The notes under the pieces were generated by a model that was not told the DNA's origin, searched no databases, and was given only the letters and a program-made list of their open reading frames with translations. Both the position numbers and the translations under genes were made by a program. Shown in pieces: positions 1 to 10,382 of a DNA stretch of 64,000 nucleotides (positions are counted from its first letter, which is position 1; each line of letters begins with the position of its first letter). The stretch comes from Gammaproteobacteria bacterium (GTDB lineage: Bacteria; Pseudomonadota; Gammaproteobacteria; G965277405), in the NCBI GenBank assembly GCA_965277405.1, contig OZ255726.1:2080001-2144000 (forward strand), read 5' to 3'.

Positions 1-5
1 GCAGA

Positions 6-1481
6 TTAATTGGTGAGGATTCTTGCCACAGCTTGTTTCCAGCGTGCATACAGTGCATCAGCTTGCTGTGACGCTAGCTGCGGAACAAACTGTTGGTCAC
101 GTTGCCAATGTTGCGAAATTTCCCTCATTGTTGGGTAAATACCTATTTTCATACCAGCAATCCAAGCGACACCGAGCGCTGTTGTTTCTATGATTTTTGG
201 ACGATCTACAGTGATTTGGGTAATGTCGGCAAGCGTTTGCAGCAGCCAGTTATTTGCCACCATGGCGCCATCTACACGCAAAGAAAATTCAGTGGTGGCG
301 TTCCAATCTTTCCGCATTGCGTCAAGCAAGTCACGCGATTGAAACGCAATGGCTTGTAAAGCCGCGTGGGTGATTTCTGCGATGCCGCTGTCACGTGTCA
401 GTCCCAAAATCGCACCGCGCGCGTTGCTGTCCCAATATGGGGCTCCTAGCCCAGTAAACGCTGGCACAAATACCACTGCAGATTGCTTAGCTTGCATTGC
501 AAGCGCTTCGCTTTGGGATGCGTTTTCTAAGACTTTAATACCATCACGTAGCCATTGGATGACTGCGCCGGCAACAAAAATTGAACCTTCAAGTGCGTAA
601 GCAAACTCACCTTCGATATCGTAGGCGATCGTTGTTAGCATTCTGTTTGCAGATTGTAATGGGGTCTTACCAGTGTTCAAGAGCACAAAACATCCAGTAC
701 CATATGTGGATTTCACCATGCCTGGAACAAAACACGACTGGCCAATTGACGCGGCTTGCTGGTCGCCGGCTACAGCAATAATCGGTAGTTGCATGCCAAA
801 TTGTCGGGTTGTACCAAAATTTGCAGCACATGGGTGCACAGTCGGCAGCATAGAATGCGGGATGTTAAATAGTGCTAATAACTCATCATCCCATTCACGG
901 CTATGAATATTGTAGAGCATCGTCCGCGCGGCATTGGTGCTATCTGTCGCATAGGTCTTGCCTGCTGTTAAGCGCCAAATGAGAAATGTATCGATTGTAC
1001 CAAAGCGCAATGTGCCATGTGCAGCGGCTTGTCGTGCACCGTTGACGTTTTCTAAAATCCAATGGACTTTAGTAGCAGAAAAATAGGCATCTATCAATAA
1101 TCCTGTTTTCTCACGCACCATTGGCTCGATGTTGTCGGCTTTGAGCCGCTCACACAGTTCAGCAGTCCGCCGATCTTGCCAAACTATGGCGTTGTATATT
1201 GCTGTGCCCGTCGTCGCATCCCACACCACAACTGTTTCGCGTTGATTGGTGATGCCGATGGCCTTAACAGCAAGCGTCGTGTTGGCAATCGCCGTGGTGC
1301 ATACATTCAAGACTGATTGCCAAATCTCTTCTGGGTCATGCTCCACCCAACCAGAATTTGGGAAGTATTGGCTGAACTCTTGTTGCTCAATGTTGGCTAT
1401 CTCCATGTTGCTGTTGAAGATAATAGCTCGGCTTGAAGTGGTACCTTGATCGATTGCTAATATGCCAGGTTGATTATTCAT
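6..1481 (-). CDS. glpK: Glycerol kinase
   Basis: FGGY motifs AIDQGTTSSR, GITNQRET, WQDRRT, GDQQAA, KSTYGTG, GLGAPYWD. Start trimmed to MNNQPG (ORF track gives 1547). Confidence 0.95.
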   Translation of the reverse strand: MNNQPGILAIDQGTTSSRAIIFNSNMEIANIEQQEFSQYFPNSGWVEHDPEEIWQSVLNVCTTAIANTTLAVKAIGITNQRETVVVWDATTGTAIYNAIVWQDRRTAELCERLKADNIEPMVREKTGLLIDAYFSATKVHWILENVNGARQAAAHGTLRFGTIDTFLIWRLTAGKTYATDSTNAARTMLYNIHSREWDDELLALFNIPHSMLPTVHPCAANFGTTRQFGMQLPIIAVAGDQQAASIGQSCFVPGMVKSTYGTGCFVLLNTGKTPLQSANRMLTTIAYDIEGEFAYALEGSIFVAGAVIQWLRDGIKVLENASQSEALAMQAKQSAVVFVPAFTGLGAPYWDSNARGAILGLTRDSGIAEITHAALQAIAFQSRDLLDAMRKDWNATTEFSLRVDGAMVANNWLLQTLADITQITVDRPKIIETTALGVAWIAGMKIGIYPTMREISQHWQRDQQFVPQLASQQADALYARWKQAVARILTN

Positions 1482-1605
1482 TCTGTATATTCCATTCATT
1501 GGCAGGTTTGACACAGTCCATGCGAACAGCAAACAGGCATACTGCACAGCTTGTGCTTGCGAACGAGATTGCGGCTATGCGGCTATAGTAGTTGCCATAT
1601 TGTAG

Positions 1606-1638
1606 GGAACCTCTGCTTAAGTCCATGCTGGGCGAGAC
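1606..1638 (+). mobile_element. Solitary left end of the IS5-like MITE family
   Basis: GGAACCTCTGCTTAAGTCCATGCTGGGCGAGAC matches the start of the 3227 and 21468 copies. Confidence 0.8.
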
Positions 1639-1930
1639 ATACAAATAAGTTCTATCCTTTGATTAATAAAATATTGAGCGCTGCAATATACTTGACAAAG
1701 ACAGAGTTAGGATAATAATCGCCAGCAATTCTTATACGCATCGCGTTTTGGATATTGGCGTATGGTGTTAAGATATATCAGCCAAAACCGTTGCACACTG
1801 CGTTTTGCAGCGTTTATGCAAAGCATAAGTATACAGTAGTGTTGAAAACTCATTCTACTATTATCAATCTCGCAAGTTTCGCTGACGTTGACTTCAGCCA
1901 CAATACCACTGCGACAACATAGGAAAAGCT

Positions 1931-3226
1931 ATGAGTAATCGCAAAGCACATCTGCACATTGATGGCAGAGATCCAATTGAGCTAAACATCATCTCTGGAA
2001 CGCTTGGCCCTGATGTTATCGATGTCGCTCCTTTGCTTGCTGAAGGGTATTTTACCTATGACCCGGGCTTTATCGCCACCGCGTCGACCGATTCAAAGAT
2101 TACTTTTATCGATGGTGACGAAGGGATATTGCTCCACCGTGGCTATCCAATCGAGCAACTGGCAAAGGAGTCTAATTATATAGAACTGAGCTATTTGTTA
2201 CTGAATGGCGAGTTACCAACAATTGAGGAATATAACTCGTTCAAACGGCGTATTAAAAATCATACGATGGTCACAGAACGCATGGCCAAATTCATTAATG
2301 GTTTTAGAGCAGACTCGCATCCGATGGCGGTGATGTGCGGATTAGTTGGCGCATTGTCGTCTTTCTACCATGAAAATCTGGATATTTCTAACCCAGAACA
2401 TCGGTGTCAAACAGCGATTCGCATTGTCTCAAAAATGCCAACACTGGCAGCAATGGCATATAAATATTCACAAGGATTGCCGTTTATTTATCCTGATAAC
2501 AGTTTAGCTTTTGCAGAAAACTTTCTCCACATGATGTATGCAACGCCATGCGAAAAATATGTAGTTGACCCGCTGCATGCTCGGGTGATGGATGTGATTT
2601 TTATGCTCCATGCCGATCATGAGCAAAATGCTTCTACTTCAACTGTTCGTCTGGCTGGATCTACCAACGCCAACCCATATGCCTGTGTGGCATCGGGAAT
2701 TGCTGCTTTGTGGGGACCACTCCATGGCGGAGCGAACGAAGCGGTGATTTTAATGCTACAAGAAATCAACTCGGCAGATCGTATTGCTGGATTTGTCAAT
2801 CGTGCCAAAGACCCAAATGATTCATTCCGCTTGATGGGGTTTGGACATCGTGTCTATAAGAATTTTGACCCGCGCGCCAATGTGCTGCGGGATTTTGCCA
2901 AAGAGATCATTGCCAACAGACCAGAAGACGAGTTGAGCAAAATGTTTGTGATTGCCGAAGAATTAGAAAAAATCGCCTTGGAAGACCCGTATTTTATTAA
3001 AAAACAATTGTATCCAAATGTTGATTTTTACTCAGGTATCGTGTTGAGCGCTTTAGGAATTCCAACAACCATGTTCACCGCAATTTTTGCAATTGCTCGG
3101 AGTATTGGCTGGATTTCTCATTGGCATGAGATGAGTAGCAGCCCAGGAAAAATAGGCAGACCCAGACAACTGTATACAGGAGCAACGCGTCGCGATTACA
3201 TTGCTGCAGAACTGCGCTCAGCCTAA
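1931..3226 (+). CDS. gltA: Citrate synthase (type II)
   Basis: [51 protein letters not shown]; AGGA RBS upstream. Confidence 0.97.
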   Translation: MSNRKAHLHIDGRDPIELNIISGTLGPDVIDVAPLLAEGYFTYDPGFIATASTDSKITFIDGDEGILLHRGYPIEQLAKESNYIELSYLLLNGELPTIEEYNSFKRRIKNHTMVTERMAKFINGFRADSHPMAVMCGLVGALSSFYHENLDISNPEHRCQTAIRIVSKMPTLAAMAYKYSQGLPFIYPDNSLAFAENFLHMMYATPCEKYVVDPLHARVMDVIFMLHADHEQNASTSTVRLAGSTNANPYACVASGIAALWGPLHGGANEAVILMLQEINSADRIAGFVNRAKDPNDSFRLMGFGHRVYKNFDPRANVLRDFAKEIIANRPEDELSKMFVIAEELEKIALEDPYFIKKQLYPNVDFYSGIVLSALGIPTTMFTAIFAIARSIGWISHWHEMSSSPGKIGRPRQLYTGATRRDYIAAELRSA

Positions 3227-3520
3227 GGAAGCTCTGATTAAGTCCTTGATGGGCGAGACGGAGCAAAAACGCTGATGATAACTAGACGCAGTGCGCAGAT
3301 AATACTGGTGGTCTTGTGGGTATTGCCAAGTGCTGCAACGACGCAGCGCAGCGTTTTTTCCCGTCCTTCTATTGAATATATGATGGTTTGCCTACAAGCG
3401 GTACTTGCTGTGTTGCATCCCTTGGCGTATATGCTACGGCATGCGCTTAGCGGTTTGCGCCTTGCAATCATCAGCAATTGCCAACAAACTCTCTCTATCA
3501 GCGAGTTAATCAGAGGTTCC
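3227..3520 (+). mobile_element. Full-length MITE (294 bp) with IS5-like ends and CTAA target-site duplication
   Basis: Left TIR GGAAGCTCTGATTAAG, right TIR (rc) GGAACCTCTGATTAAC (14/16). CTAA at 3223-3226 and 3521-3524; the first CTAA contains the gltA stop. No transposase inside. Confidence 0.88.
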
Positions 3521-3525
3521 CTAAG

Positions 3526-4430
3526 TGTCAAAACTACACACGTTGTTTACAAAAACCAACAATTCTAGCAGCTGGTGGTAGATTCCCTAAAGCGGAATGT
3601 GTGCGACTGAGGTTATAGTGATTAAGATATTTTGGAAGAGCTTTGTTGCGCTCATCACTTGTTTGCTATGGCTGCGAAAATGCCCATTCCTTGCTAAGCG
3701 TTTGTATCAACCTTTCTGCTTTTCCGTTGGTCTGCGGCCTGTATGGTTTGGTAAAAACGTGCTTGATTTGACAAGCATCAAGATATCGATTTACGAACTT
3801 TGATCGATATGCAGGTCCATTGTCTGTCATCAGCCGGTTCACCGCTATTCCCAAAGATGAAAAATGCTCCAATGCTCGGTGTATAAACCCCTGAGTCGTT
3901 TCCTTTTTCTCATCAGGAAGCACCTCCACAAACGCCCATCGACTATGGTCATCTATACAAACATGGGCGCACTCAATACCATGGCCTGTATTTGCTTTTG
4001 CAGGAGCACCAAATTTATGCCCAGTGGAGTAAAACGTTGCAGTTTGTTGATGTCCAGATGCAGCATGTCACCAGGGTGTTCATGCTCATAGCGATGCGCT
4101 TTTTCTCTTTTTAAGGTCTTTTTTGTAAGGCATAGCCGTCTCAAAATTTTGGTGACAGTGGAGTATGCCAATTGCAAATACTTGGCAATGCTCCGTGCAT
4201 TCATTTGTGACTCTAAATAGAGTTTTTGGATGCGTTGAGCCAAGGTCTCAGCGAGCTTAGCTGGGGTTGAAATTGGCCTGCTGGAAAGATTGTACAGTGC
4301 AGATGTTCCACCTGATTTATAGCGTCTGAGCCACTTGTAAACAGTTAGTAGCGAATAGTATCGAAATGGCAAAATAGTTGGCTACGCGATTCACAGGGTG
4401 ATTGTCGACAAGCACCCTGTGAATCGCGTA
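3526..4430 (-). pseudogene. IS481-family transposase relic
   Basis: Pieces TVYKWLRRY..SSRP, RYEHEHPGDMLHLD, MTDNGPAYRS, KPYRPQTNGKAERLIQTL, then an in-frame TAG, then YNLSRTHSALG. A TGT-initiated end lies at 3526. Frameshifted and 5' truncated. Confidence 0.88.
4383..4430. repeat. 48-bp near-perfect palindrome
   Basis: TACGCGATTCACAGGGTG-A-TTGTCGACAA-G-CACCCTGTGAATCGCGTA; one mismatched pair. Confidence 0.95.
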
Positions 4431-4574
4431 ATTGTATGTAAACGCCTGAATCACACCTTGTTGCTCAAGCTCATTCAGTTCGCGCTCATCCATAATCGTG
4501 AAGGCCATCTCAAGCTGTTGCAGCGAGCGTTTGAAATTATCGAATCTGTGTATCCAACGAATATCGGGTGACAT
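4431..4574 (-). pseudogene. Truncated HEPN (HI0074-like nucleotidyltransferase substrate-binding) protein
   Basis: MSPDIRWIHRFDNFKRSL..ELEQQGVIQAF is a typical HI0074-type N-terminus, with a GGAG RBS. It runs into IS481 sequence before the RX4H motif. Confidence 0.75.
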
Positions 4575-4638
4575 CAGAATCTCCGTTATGTAAATGCTGG
4601 ACGTAGTTCCTTAAAACTAATTGTTGGGGTACGGGCTA

Positions 4639-5001
4639 TTATTGCTGATTTTTTTTTGCAACATCAGCAAACCGCAGCGCTGGCTTGTTGTCGCAAATTG
4701 GCAAAGGGATTTTTTGTGCGTCGATGATGTCTTTAAAATACGGCGCCACTTGCCGCATATCGACAACATCCACTGTGTAGGGCAAGTGGGATTCGTCAAA
4801 GGCGCGGCTGAGCTGCCTGGAGGTGGAGTGGGCAAGCGCACTTGGGGCTTGGATGGCGATATCCAAATCTGAATTGTGTCTGGTGTGACCGTTGGCGCGG
4901 CTGCCAAACACCCAGACGCGGGTATCATGTGGCAAGATGCTTTGCAATATCTCTTGCACTATGGCGAGTTGTGGTGTTGTTATATCAAGTTGTGCGGTCA
5001 T
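4639..5001 (-). CDS. Minimal nucleotidyltransferase (MNT), putative antitoxin
   Basis: VWVFGSRANGHTRHNSDLDIA (GSx10DxD) and ESHLPYTVDVVD; overlaps the HEPN stop by 4 bp. Confidence 0.9.
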   Translation of the reverse strand: MTAQLDITTPQLAIVQEILQSILPHDTRVWVFGSRANGHTRHNSDLDIAIQAPSALAHSTSRQLSRAFDESHLPYTVDVVDMRQVAPYFKDIIDAQKIPLPICDNKPALRFADVAKKNQQ

Positions 5002-5435
5002 TTTTCACCGTTATCCTTGGCTGGCAGGGCGTGCAATAGATAGTCCACTTCATTGCAGAAGGTGTGAATGTCTTGCATGATTTTCAGCACTACATCAAGG
5101 TTGTAACCGTGGGCGGTTTTATTGCGATTGTCTCGATACAACCACCAGCTGTCCCAGCTGCTTTTAATGATTTTTTGGCTGTATGCCTCACGTATTTTGC
5201 CCTGAAAGCTCATTTCGTGTACTGCGCTTGGGTTGGCTGCTGCCATCGAGAGGTGGCGAGTGATCATTTTGGCGGCAAGATCATAACAGTATACGAAACG
5301 TTGGATGCAGGCGTCGCGCACAAATTCGTTGCTGGTGTCTTTGTTATATTCGTCTAACGCTAGTTTGAAGCTGGTCAAAGCTTTGTCTAATGAGGTTAGA
5401 TCAAGGGTTGCTGTTATGTGTTTCTTTGTATTCAT
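4998..5435 (-). CDS. HEPN protein (HI0074 family), putative RNase toxin
   Basis: RDACIQRF and RNKTAHGY (RX4HXY); start trimmed to MNTKK. Confidence 0.88.
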   Translation of the reverse strand: MNTKKHITATLDLTSLDKALTSFKLALDEYNKDTSNEFVRDACIQRFVYCYDLAAKMITRHLSMAAANPSAVHEMSFQGKIREAYSQKIIKSSWDSWWLYRDNRNKTAHGYNLDVVLKIMQDIHTFCNEVDYLLHALPAKDNGEK

Positions 5436-5581
5436 TGGCAAGCCATTGCTAAAATGTAGTAAGGCATTCAGCCCACAATACAAATAAATCGGAGTTATTG
5501 TAAGGGATGCAAAGGTTTAATAAATTGCTAATACAAGAATACTGCAAATGAAACCCCACGATAGCGCTTGCAGCTATTGAT

Positions 5582-6256
5582 TCATGGTTTAGCGTATTTC
5601 AGCGCTTGGATTGCCTGGGTATAGCCGCCGTCAGCATCTGGGTTGTTGAATATCGCGCTGCCAGCAACAACCGCACTGGCACCTGCATTTTGGACGGCTT
5701 GGACGGTATGGCTGTTGATGCCTCCGTCAACTTGGAGTTCGATGTGCCTGCCAGTCGTATGGTGGTGAGCGTCTATGCGCAGCTTTGCCGCAGCTATTGT
5801 ATGCAGTGTGTGCGGAATGAATGTTTGCCCACCGAACCCTGGATTAACGCTCATCAGCAACACTAGGTCGATCAGATGGATGGTGTGATCCAACCAAGTT
5901 AAGCTGGTGGCGGGGTTTAATGCAATCCCCGGTTGACAGCCGTGGTCGCGAATTAACGCAATCGTGCGGTCAACGTGTTTGGTTGCTTCAGGGTGGAAGG
6001 TGATGGTGTTGGCGCCTGCTTTGGCAAAGGCGATAGCAATTGCATCGACTGGCTCAACCATCAAATGGACATCTATTGGAATTTCTACTAACGGGCGGAT
6101 AGCAGCACATACCATGGGACCTATGGTTAGATTAGGTACAAAATGATTGTCCATGGCATCGAGGTGGATCCAATCTGCTCCAGCATGCTGCACAGCCTGC
6201 ACTTCTACACCAAGCCGCGCAAAGTCTGCGGATAAAATTGATGGGGCGATAATCAC
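5582..6256 (-). CDS. rpe: Ribulose-phosphate 3-epimerase
   Basis: IAPSILSADF, HLDAMDNHFVPNLT, DVHLMV, MSVNPGFGGQ, VDGG. Confidence 0.97.
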   Translation of the reverse strand: MIIAPSILSADFARLGVEVQAVQHAGADWIHLDAMDNHFVPNLTIGPMVCAAIRPLVEIPIDVHLMVEPVDAIAIAFAKAGANTITFHPEATKHVDRTIALIRDHGCQPGIALNPATSLTWLDHTIHLIDLVLLMSVNPGFGGQTFIPHTLHTIAAAKLRIDAHHHTTGRHIELQVDGGINSHTVQAVQNAGASAVVAGSAIFNNPDADGGYTQAIQALKYAKP

Positions 6257-6510
6257 ATCTGGTCAACTGTTAAAATAAAAGGTTCGTGAAGTGTAGCAAA
6301 TGCGTGGATACGCTAGCTGATGCAAGCTATTTATAATCTGGTTTGCGGTCAACTGCGCGCATTTTAGCTGTGGATACCAATGACACGCTAGCAAACAGAT
6401 TAGCATGTTTAGCTGTAGATATATATACACAAGATGTGTACCGTACCGAGACATTATTCAATAAATTATCACATACAATACATGAATTTCACTTGGGAAA
6501 ACGGCTAGAT

Positions 6511-7434
6511 ATGACGGTGGCCCAGCGCGGTTATGCGTTTGCTTTTTCGGGAACAATATTTGTAACGCTGTATGTGTTAACGTTTTCAAAATTGGCAGAA
6601 ACACTGCCGGTGGGGGTGGCTACTTTTTTATTGTTGTTGTCGGCGTTGCTGCTCAATAGCATTATGTTGCTGGTCAAAAAAAGCAAAAATTGGGCTAAAA
6701 AAGCAAAATCTGAATTTACTGTTGCCAGCGCTGCCCAGCTGGTGTTGATAGCGATTAGCTCAATTTTGGGAAACCAGTTTGTCTTTCTATCGTATGAGCA
6801 TATTTCTCCAGCGCTGACGAATATTATGCAACGCACTGAGTTGTTGTTTGTGATAGTCCTTGGAGCATTGTTGTTTGCCGAACGGATAACGTATCACGTT
6901 GTTATTGCCGCATTGTTGGTGGTAATGGGCATTATTATCATCAATTACCATCCAAGTATGTTTGAAATAGGACATTGGTTTGGTCCAATTTTTGCAATAT
7001 TAGCTGGGGTCAGTTTCGCAATAATGATTGTGATGATACGCTATAGTAGTCATTATTTTTCGGTAACGTTGATAAATCAATACCGACTGCTGATTGCAGT
7101 TGTGATTTTGGCTGCCGTTCCTGGGGTATTGCAGCGGTTGTATTCTGTAAATCTTGAGGAAGTGATGTACGCGTTTCTCGCCGCATTTGGCGGGCCTTTT
7201 ATTTCTCGGCTGTGTTATATCCGCGCGGTTGCATATTTGCCGGTTGCTAGTATTTCGTTGATTGGAACAAGTTCGCCCGTGCTTACGTTGTTGGCGATGA
7301 TGGTTATTTATAATATTTATCCAACGTTCAACCAATTGATTGGCGGCGCAATGGTACTGTTTGCCGTAGTGTTTCTAGTATTGTCTAAACCTGAAAAATT
7401 GCCGAATGTCAAAACTAAAGCGGAATTAACCTAA
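6511..7434 (+). CDS. DMT/EamA-family transporter
   Basis: About 10 hydrophobic helices in two repeats, with LLFAERI and QLIGGAMVL; start trimmed to MTVAQ. Confidence 0.85.
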   Translation: MTVAQRGYAFAFSGTIFVTLYVLTFSKLAETLPVGVATFLLLLSALLLNSIMLLVKKSKNWAKKAKSEFTVASAAQLVLIAISSILGNQFVFLSYEHISPALTNIMQRTELLFVIVLGALLFAERITYHVVIAALLVVMGIIIINYHPSMFEIGHWFGPIFAILAGVSFAIMIVMIRYSSHYFSVTLINQYRLLIAVVILAAVPGVLQRLYSVNLEEVMYAFLAAFGGPFISRLCYIRAVAYLPVASISLIGTSSPVLTLLAMMVIYNIYPTFNQLIGGAMVLFAVVFLVLSKPEKLPNVKTKAELT

Positions 7435-7444
7435 GGATATCCAT

Positions 7445-9169
7445 TCACACCAACACACCATTGTCGAGCGTATATTTTGTATGACTGCGTGACAGGTGGC
7501 TGGTTTTATGCGAGATAATAATAGTGGTAGTATTAGCGCAGTATTCCTCCATCGCATTTAAGACATGCTGTTCTGTGGCATTATCTACAGCTGAGGTAAC
7601 TTCATCAAGAATGACAATTGATGGCTGAGTAACAAATAAGCGTGCCAACGCTAGGCGCTGGCATTGACCACCTGATAATTGCAGTCCTTGACGCCCAATA
7701 TTGGTGTGTATGCCTTCTGGCAAGCCGTGGACTAAATCTGCGAGTTGTACTCGTTCCAATGCCTGCCAGATACGCTGTTCATCATAATTGCTACCTAAAC
7801 AAATATTGGCATAAATACTGTTATGGAGTAATGCTGGATTTTGCAATGAGCAAACCACATATTCTCTGAGTTGGCGTGGGTCAATCGATGATAATTCGTT
7901 GCCGTTGAGTAGAATTGACCCGCTGGTGTATGGATATAGAGCACATAGCAGTTGCGCGATGGTCGATTTGCCGCTGCCGCTGACACCAGCAATAGCGATA
8001 TGTTCGCCAGCGGCGATGCGGAGTGATAGGTTGCATAAAACTGGGAAACCTTGCCGATAGCTAAATGATAGACCTTGAATATCGACAGACCATGCTGGTT
8101 GTGGTGCTACGATATTGGTGTGATACTGCTGGCGCTCGCCGCGGCTGACTAACGCTTCAAATTGTTGTAACCGAGCAAATGAAGCATTGGCAGCACGCAG
8201 ATGGACTTGCATATCAATGATTTGCTGCATCGCGCCGGCAGTAATCCACAGGTAGCCAAACACAGCAAACATGTGGCCGATTGACAGGTTAGAAAACAAC
8301 ACGAAGGCAAGACAGGCACCGCGGAAAATATCAAAGCCTGTCATAAACACGGCATTGCTCGACCGTGAAGCTATTTCGCTATGCCATTGAAAATAAAAGC
8401 TGGCTGTGGCAATCCGTTGCACCACTTGTTGCATGTCTTGTAGATAATTGCGTTCACGGTTGCTCACCCGCAACTGATGTGCTGAGTCAATATATTCGGT
8501 GAGGTGTTCTTGCAGTAGCTGCGTTTGTTCATGGTCTTGGCGTTTGAGCGCTGTTACTTTACGGCTGAAGCGTTGGACAGCTGCAATAGTGAGTGGGTTC
8601 AGTACCAACATATACAGCCCTAACCACGGGTGGATAATGGTCACCACAGCTAGCACGCCGATTGCTGTGGCAATGCTAATAAAAAAATTGCTCACAGTAA
8701 CGCCGATAAAGCGGTCGATATTGTCGACATCGTTGACGATATTACTGACTAGTTTTCCGCTTTTTAAAGTGTCTAGGACTTGCATTGAGAAGTTGCTTAC
8801 TTGTGCCAATAAGCGTTGGCGGAGTGTTGCCGTGATCCGTTTGGAAATGGCAATAAATAAGTGGGTTTGCAATAGGTTGAAGCCGAGGGTGAGGAGGCGT
8901 AACATGAGTGAAATCAACAACACAATGCAGATGTAAACAACTGGCGTCTGCCATGAAACGCGCAAAACAGTATCAAGGATAGGCAGCATCCACCCGTCTT
9001 GTTGCAAAATGACTTCGTCGATGAGCACTGGCAGCAACAGCGGCAAGGGAACAAAAATTATCACCGCTGCCAATGCGCAGACGTTAGCAAGCAAAAATTG
9101 TTTTTTGTAGTTGTGTAGCTGGTGTGCGACCCAGCGTACGCTCAGCGCGGGATTGGTGTTATTGCTCAC
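7445..9169 (-). CDS. ABC exporter, fused TMD-NBD
   Basis: N-terminal TM domain; GVSGSGKST, LSGGQCQR, ILDE. Confidence 0.9.
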   Translation of the reverse strand: MSNNTNPALSVRWVAHQLHNYKKQFLLANVCALAAVIIFVPLPLLLPVLIDEVILQQDGWMLPILDTVLRVSWQTPVVYICIVLLISLMLRLLTLGFNLLQTHLFIAISKRITATLRQRLLAQVSNFSMQVLDTLKSGKLVSNIVNDVDNIDRFIGVTVSNFFISIATAIGVLAVVTIIHPWLGLYMLVLNPLTIAAVQRFSRKVTALKRQDHEQTQLLQEHLTEYIDSAHQLRVSNRERNYLQDMQQVVQRIATASFYFQWHSEIASRSSNAVFMTGFDIFRGACLAFVLFSNLSIGHMFAVFGYLWITAGAMQQIIDMQVHLRAANASFARLQQFEALVSRGERQQYHTNIVAPQPAWSVDIQGLSFSYRQGFPVLCNLSLRIAAGEHIAIAGVSGSGKSTIAQLLCALYPYTSGSILLNGNELSSIDPRQLREYVVCSLQNPALLHNSIYANICLGSNYDEQRIWQALERVQLADLVHGLPEGIHTNIGRQGLQLSGGQCQRLALARLFVTQPSIVILDEVTSAVDNATEQHVLNAMEEYCANTTTIIISHKTSHLSRSHTKYTLDNGVLV

Positions 9170-9414
9170 AAGCTACTATCGCCGACTGTGGTATAGACTG
9201 AGTTGCTGGCTTTGGGTATCCCGCTCACACAGGCTTGGTCTTGGGTGTTGTGACGGTCCGAATGTCATTGTGTCAAGATAAATAATACTTACTGGCATTT
9301 GGGTGTTAGCAAGTTTTTGATATATCATAATGTTGCGTGCTGTAGATGGGTATTCAATATTTCGCGCAATTCTAGCCATAACATTGTGGCGGTATATACA
9401 TAATTAGGGATTAC

Positions 9415-9774
9415 ATGGAAAAGCAGACTAAATTTGAACGGCCTTGGGGTTGGTACGATTCGATCACGCAGGATGACGGGTATCAAGTCAAAATTATTTG
9501 CGTGCATCCAGCGCAAATATTATCACTACAAAAACACATGCACCGCAGTGAACATTGGGTGGTGGTGCGTGGCACGGCATGGGTGACTGTCGATGGTGCT
9601 GTTCTCAAACAAGAAACTGGGAGTCATGTGTATATTCCGCTTGAGGCAAAACATCGCTTAGAAAACCGTGATGACAGTGATTTGTATGTTATCGAGGTGC
9701 AGTGCGGCGCTTACTTGGGTGAAGATGACATTATTCGTTTTGAAGATAAATACCATCGAAAAACATCCGCATAA
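9415..9774 (+). CDS. Cupin, type II mannose-6-phosphate isomerase C-terminal domain
   Basis: RPWGWY, LSLQKHMHRSEHWVVV, HRLEN, YLGEDDIIRFEDKY. Confidence 0.9.
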   Translation: MEKQTKFERPWGWYDSITQDDGYQVKIICVHPAQILSLQKHMHRSEHWVVVRGTAWVTVDGAVLKQETGSHVYIPLEAKHRLENRDDSDLYVIEVQCGAYLGEDDIIRFEDKYHRKTSA

Positions 9775-9845
9775 AACATCCACATAAAACCACGCTGACG
9801 GCGTGGATGTTGGCACAGCTAATATCTGCAGGTTGTACAATTTAA

Positions 9846-9867
9846 CTTCACATAAACTTCATTAAAT
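9846..9867 (+). promoter_or_regulatory. Pho-box-like repeat upstream of phnG
   Basis: CTTCAC-ATAAA-CTTCAT-TAAAT (11-bp period), then a TATTAT -10-like hexamer. Confidence 0.6.
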
Positions 9868-9920
9868 CCAATAAGCGCCGCTTATTATCGCTAGCCAATC
9901 GATTATTAGCATGAGGGCTT

Positions 9921-10382
9921 GTGCAACAAAAATTACATAATGATTCATCCAGGCAGCACTGGATGAGTGTGCTAGCGCGTTCCACCGCGGATAAGTTGGC
10001 AGGCTACTGGCAAGATAACGCTACCAATATCACCTATCAATTCTTGCGCAAGCCAGAACGTGGTCTGGTTATGGTCCAAGGTCGCGCAGGTGGAACAGGT
10101 CAACGCTTTAATCTCGGTGAAATGACTGTCACCAGATGTAGTGTCAAGCTTGCCAATGGGCTGGTAGGGCATTCCTATATCAAAGGACGAGATTGCCAAC
10201 ACGCAGAGTTTGCCGCAGCATTTGATGCTCTTTTTCAGGATAAACAACAGTCACAATTGCTGCGAAATACCATGCTCGAAGAGTTAGACAGTAGCTATCG
10301 GGAGCAGCGACAAGCTCGATCGAAAAAGGCAGCTGCTACCAAGGTAGATTTTTTTACTATGGTGCGTGGAGAAGATGGATAA
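9921..10382 (+). CDS. phnG: C-P lyase subunit PhnG
   Basis: RQHWMSVLA, GRAGGTGQRFNLGEMTVTR, TKVDFFTMVRGE. Confidence 0.96.
   Translation: MQQKLHNDSSRQHWMSVLARSTADKLAGYWQDNATNITYQFLRKPERGLVMVQGRAGGTGQRFNLGEMTVTRCSVKLANGLVGHSYIKGRDCQHAEFAAAFDALFQDKQQSQLLRNTMLEELDSSYREQRQARSKKAAATKVDFFTMVRGEDG

Noticed and set aside
1692-1719. Sigma70 promoter for gltA (TTGACA)
   Set aside because: The -35 is perfect, but there is no good -10 at 17-bp spacing; unsupported without TSS data.
3238-3568. ORFs 3275-3568 (+) and 3238-3531 (-), and similar ORFs at 21536-21766, 21363-21581 and 17662-17850
   Set aside because: Translations of the MITE. Frames and starts are not preserved between copies, and there are no transposase motifs.
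9176-9300. Possible structured RNA or leader peptide upstream of the ABC exporter
   Set aside because: No recognisable riboswitch or ncRNA motif and no convincing RBS.
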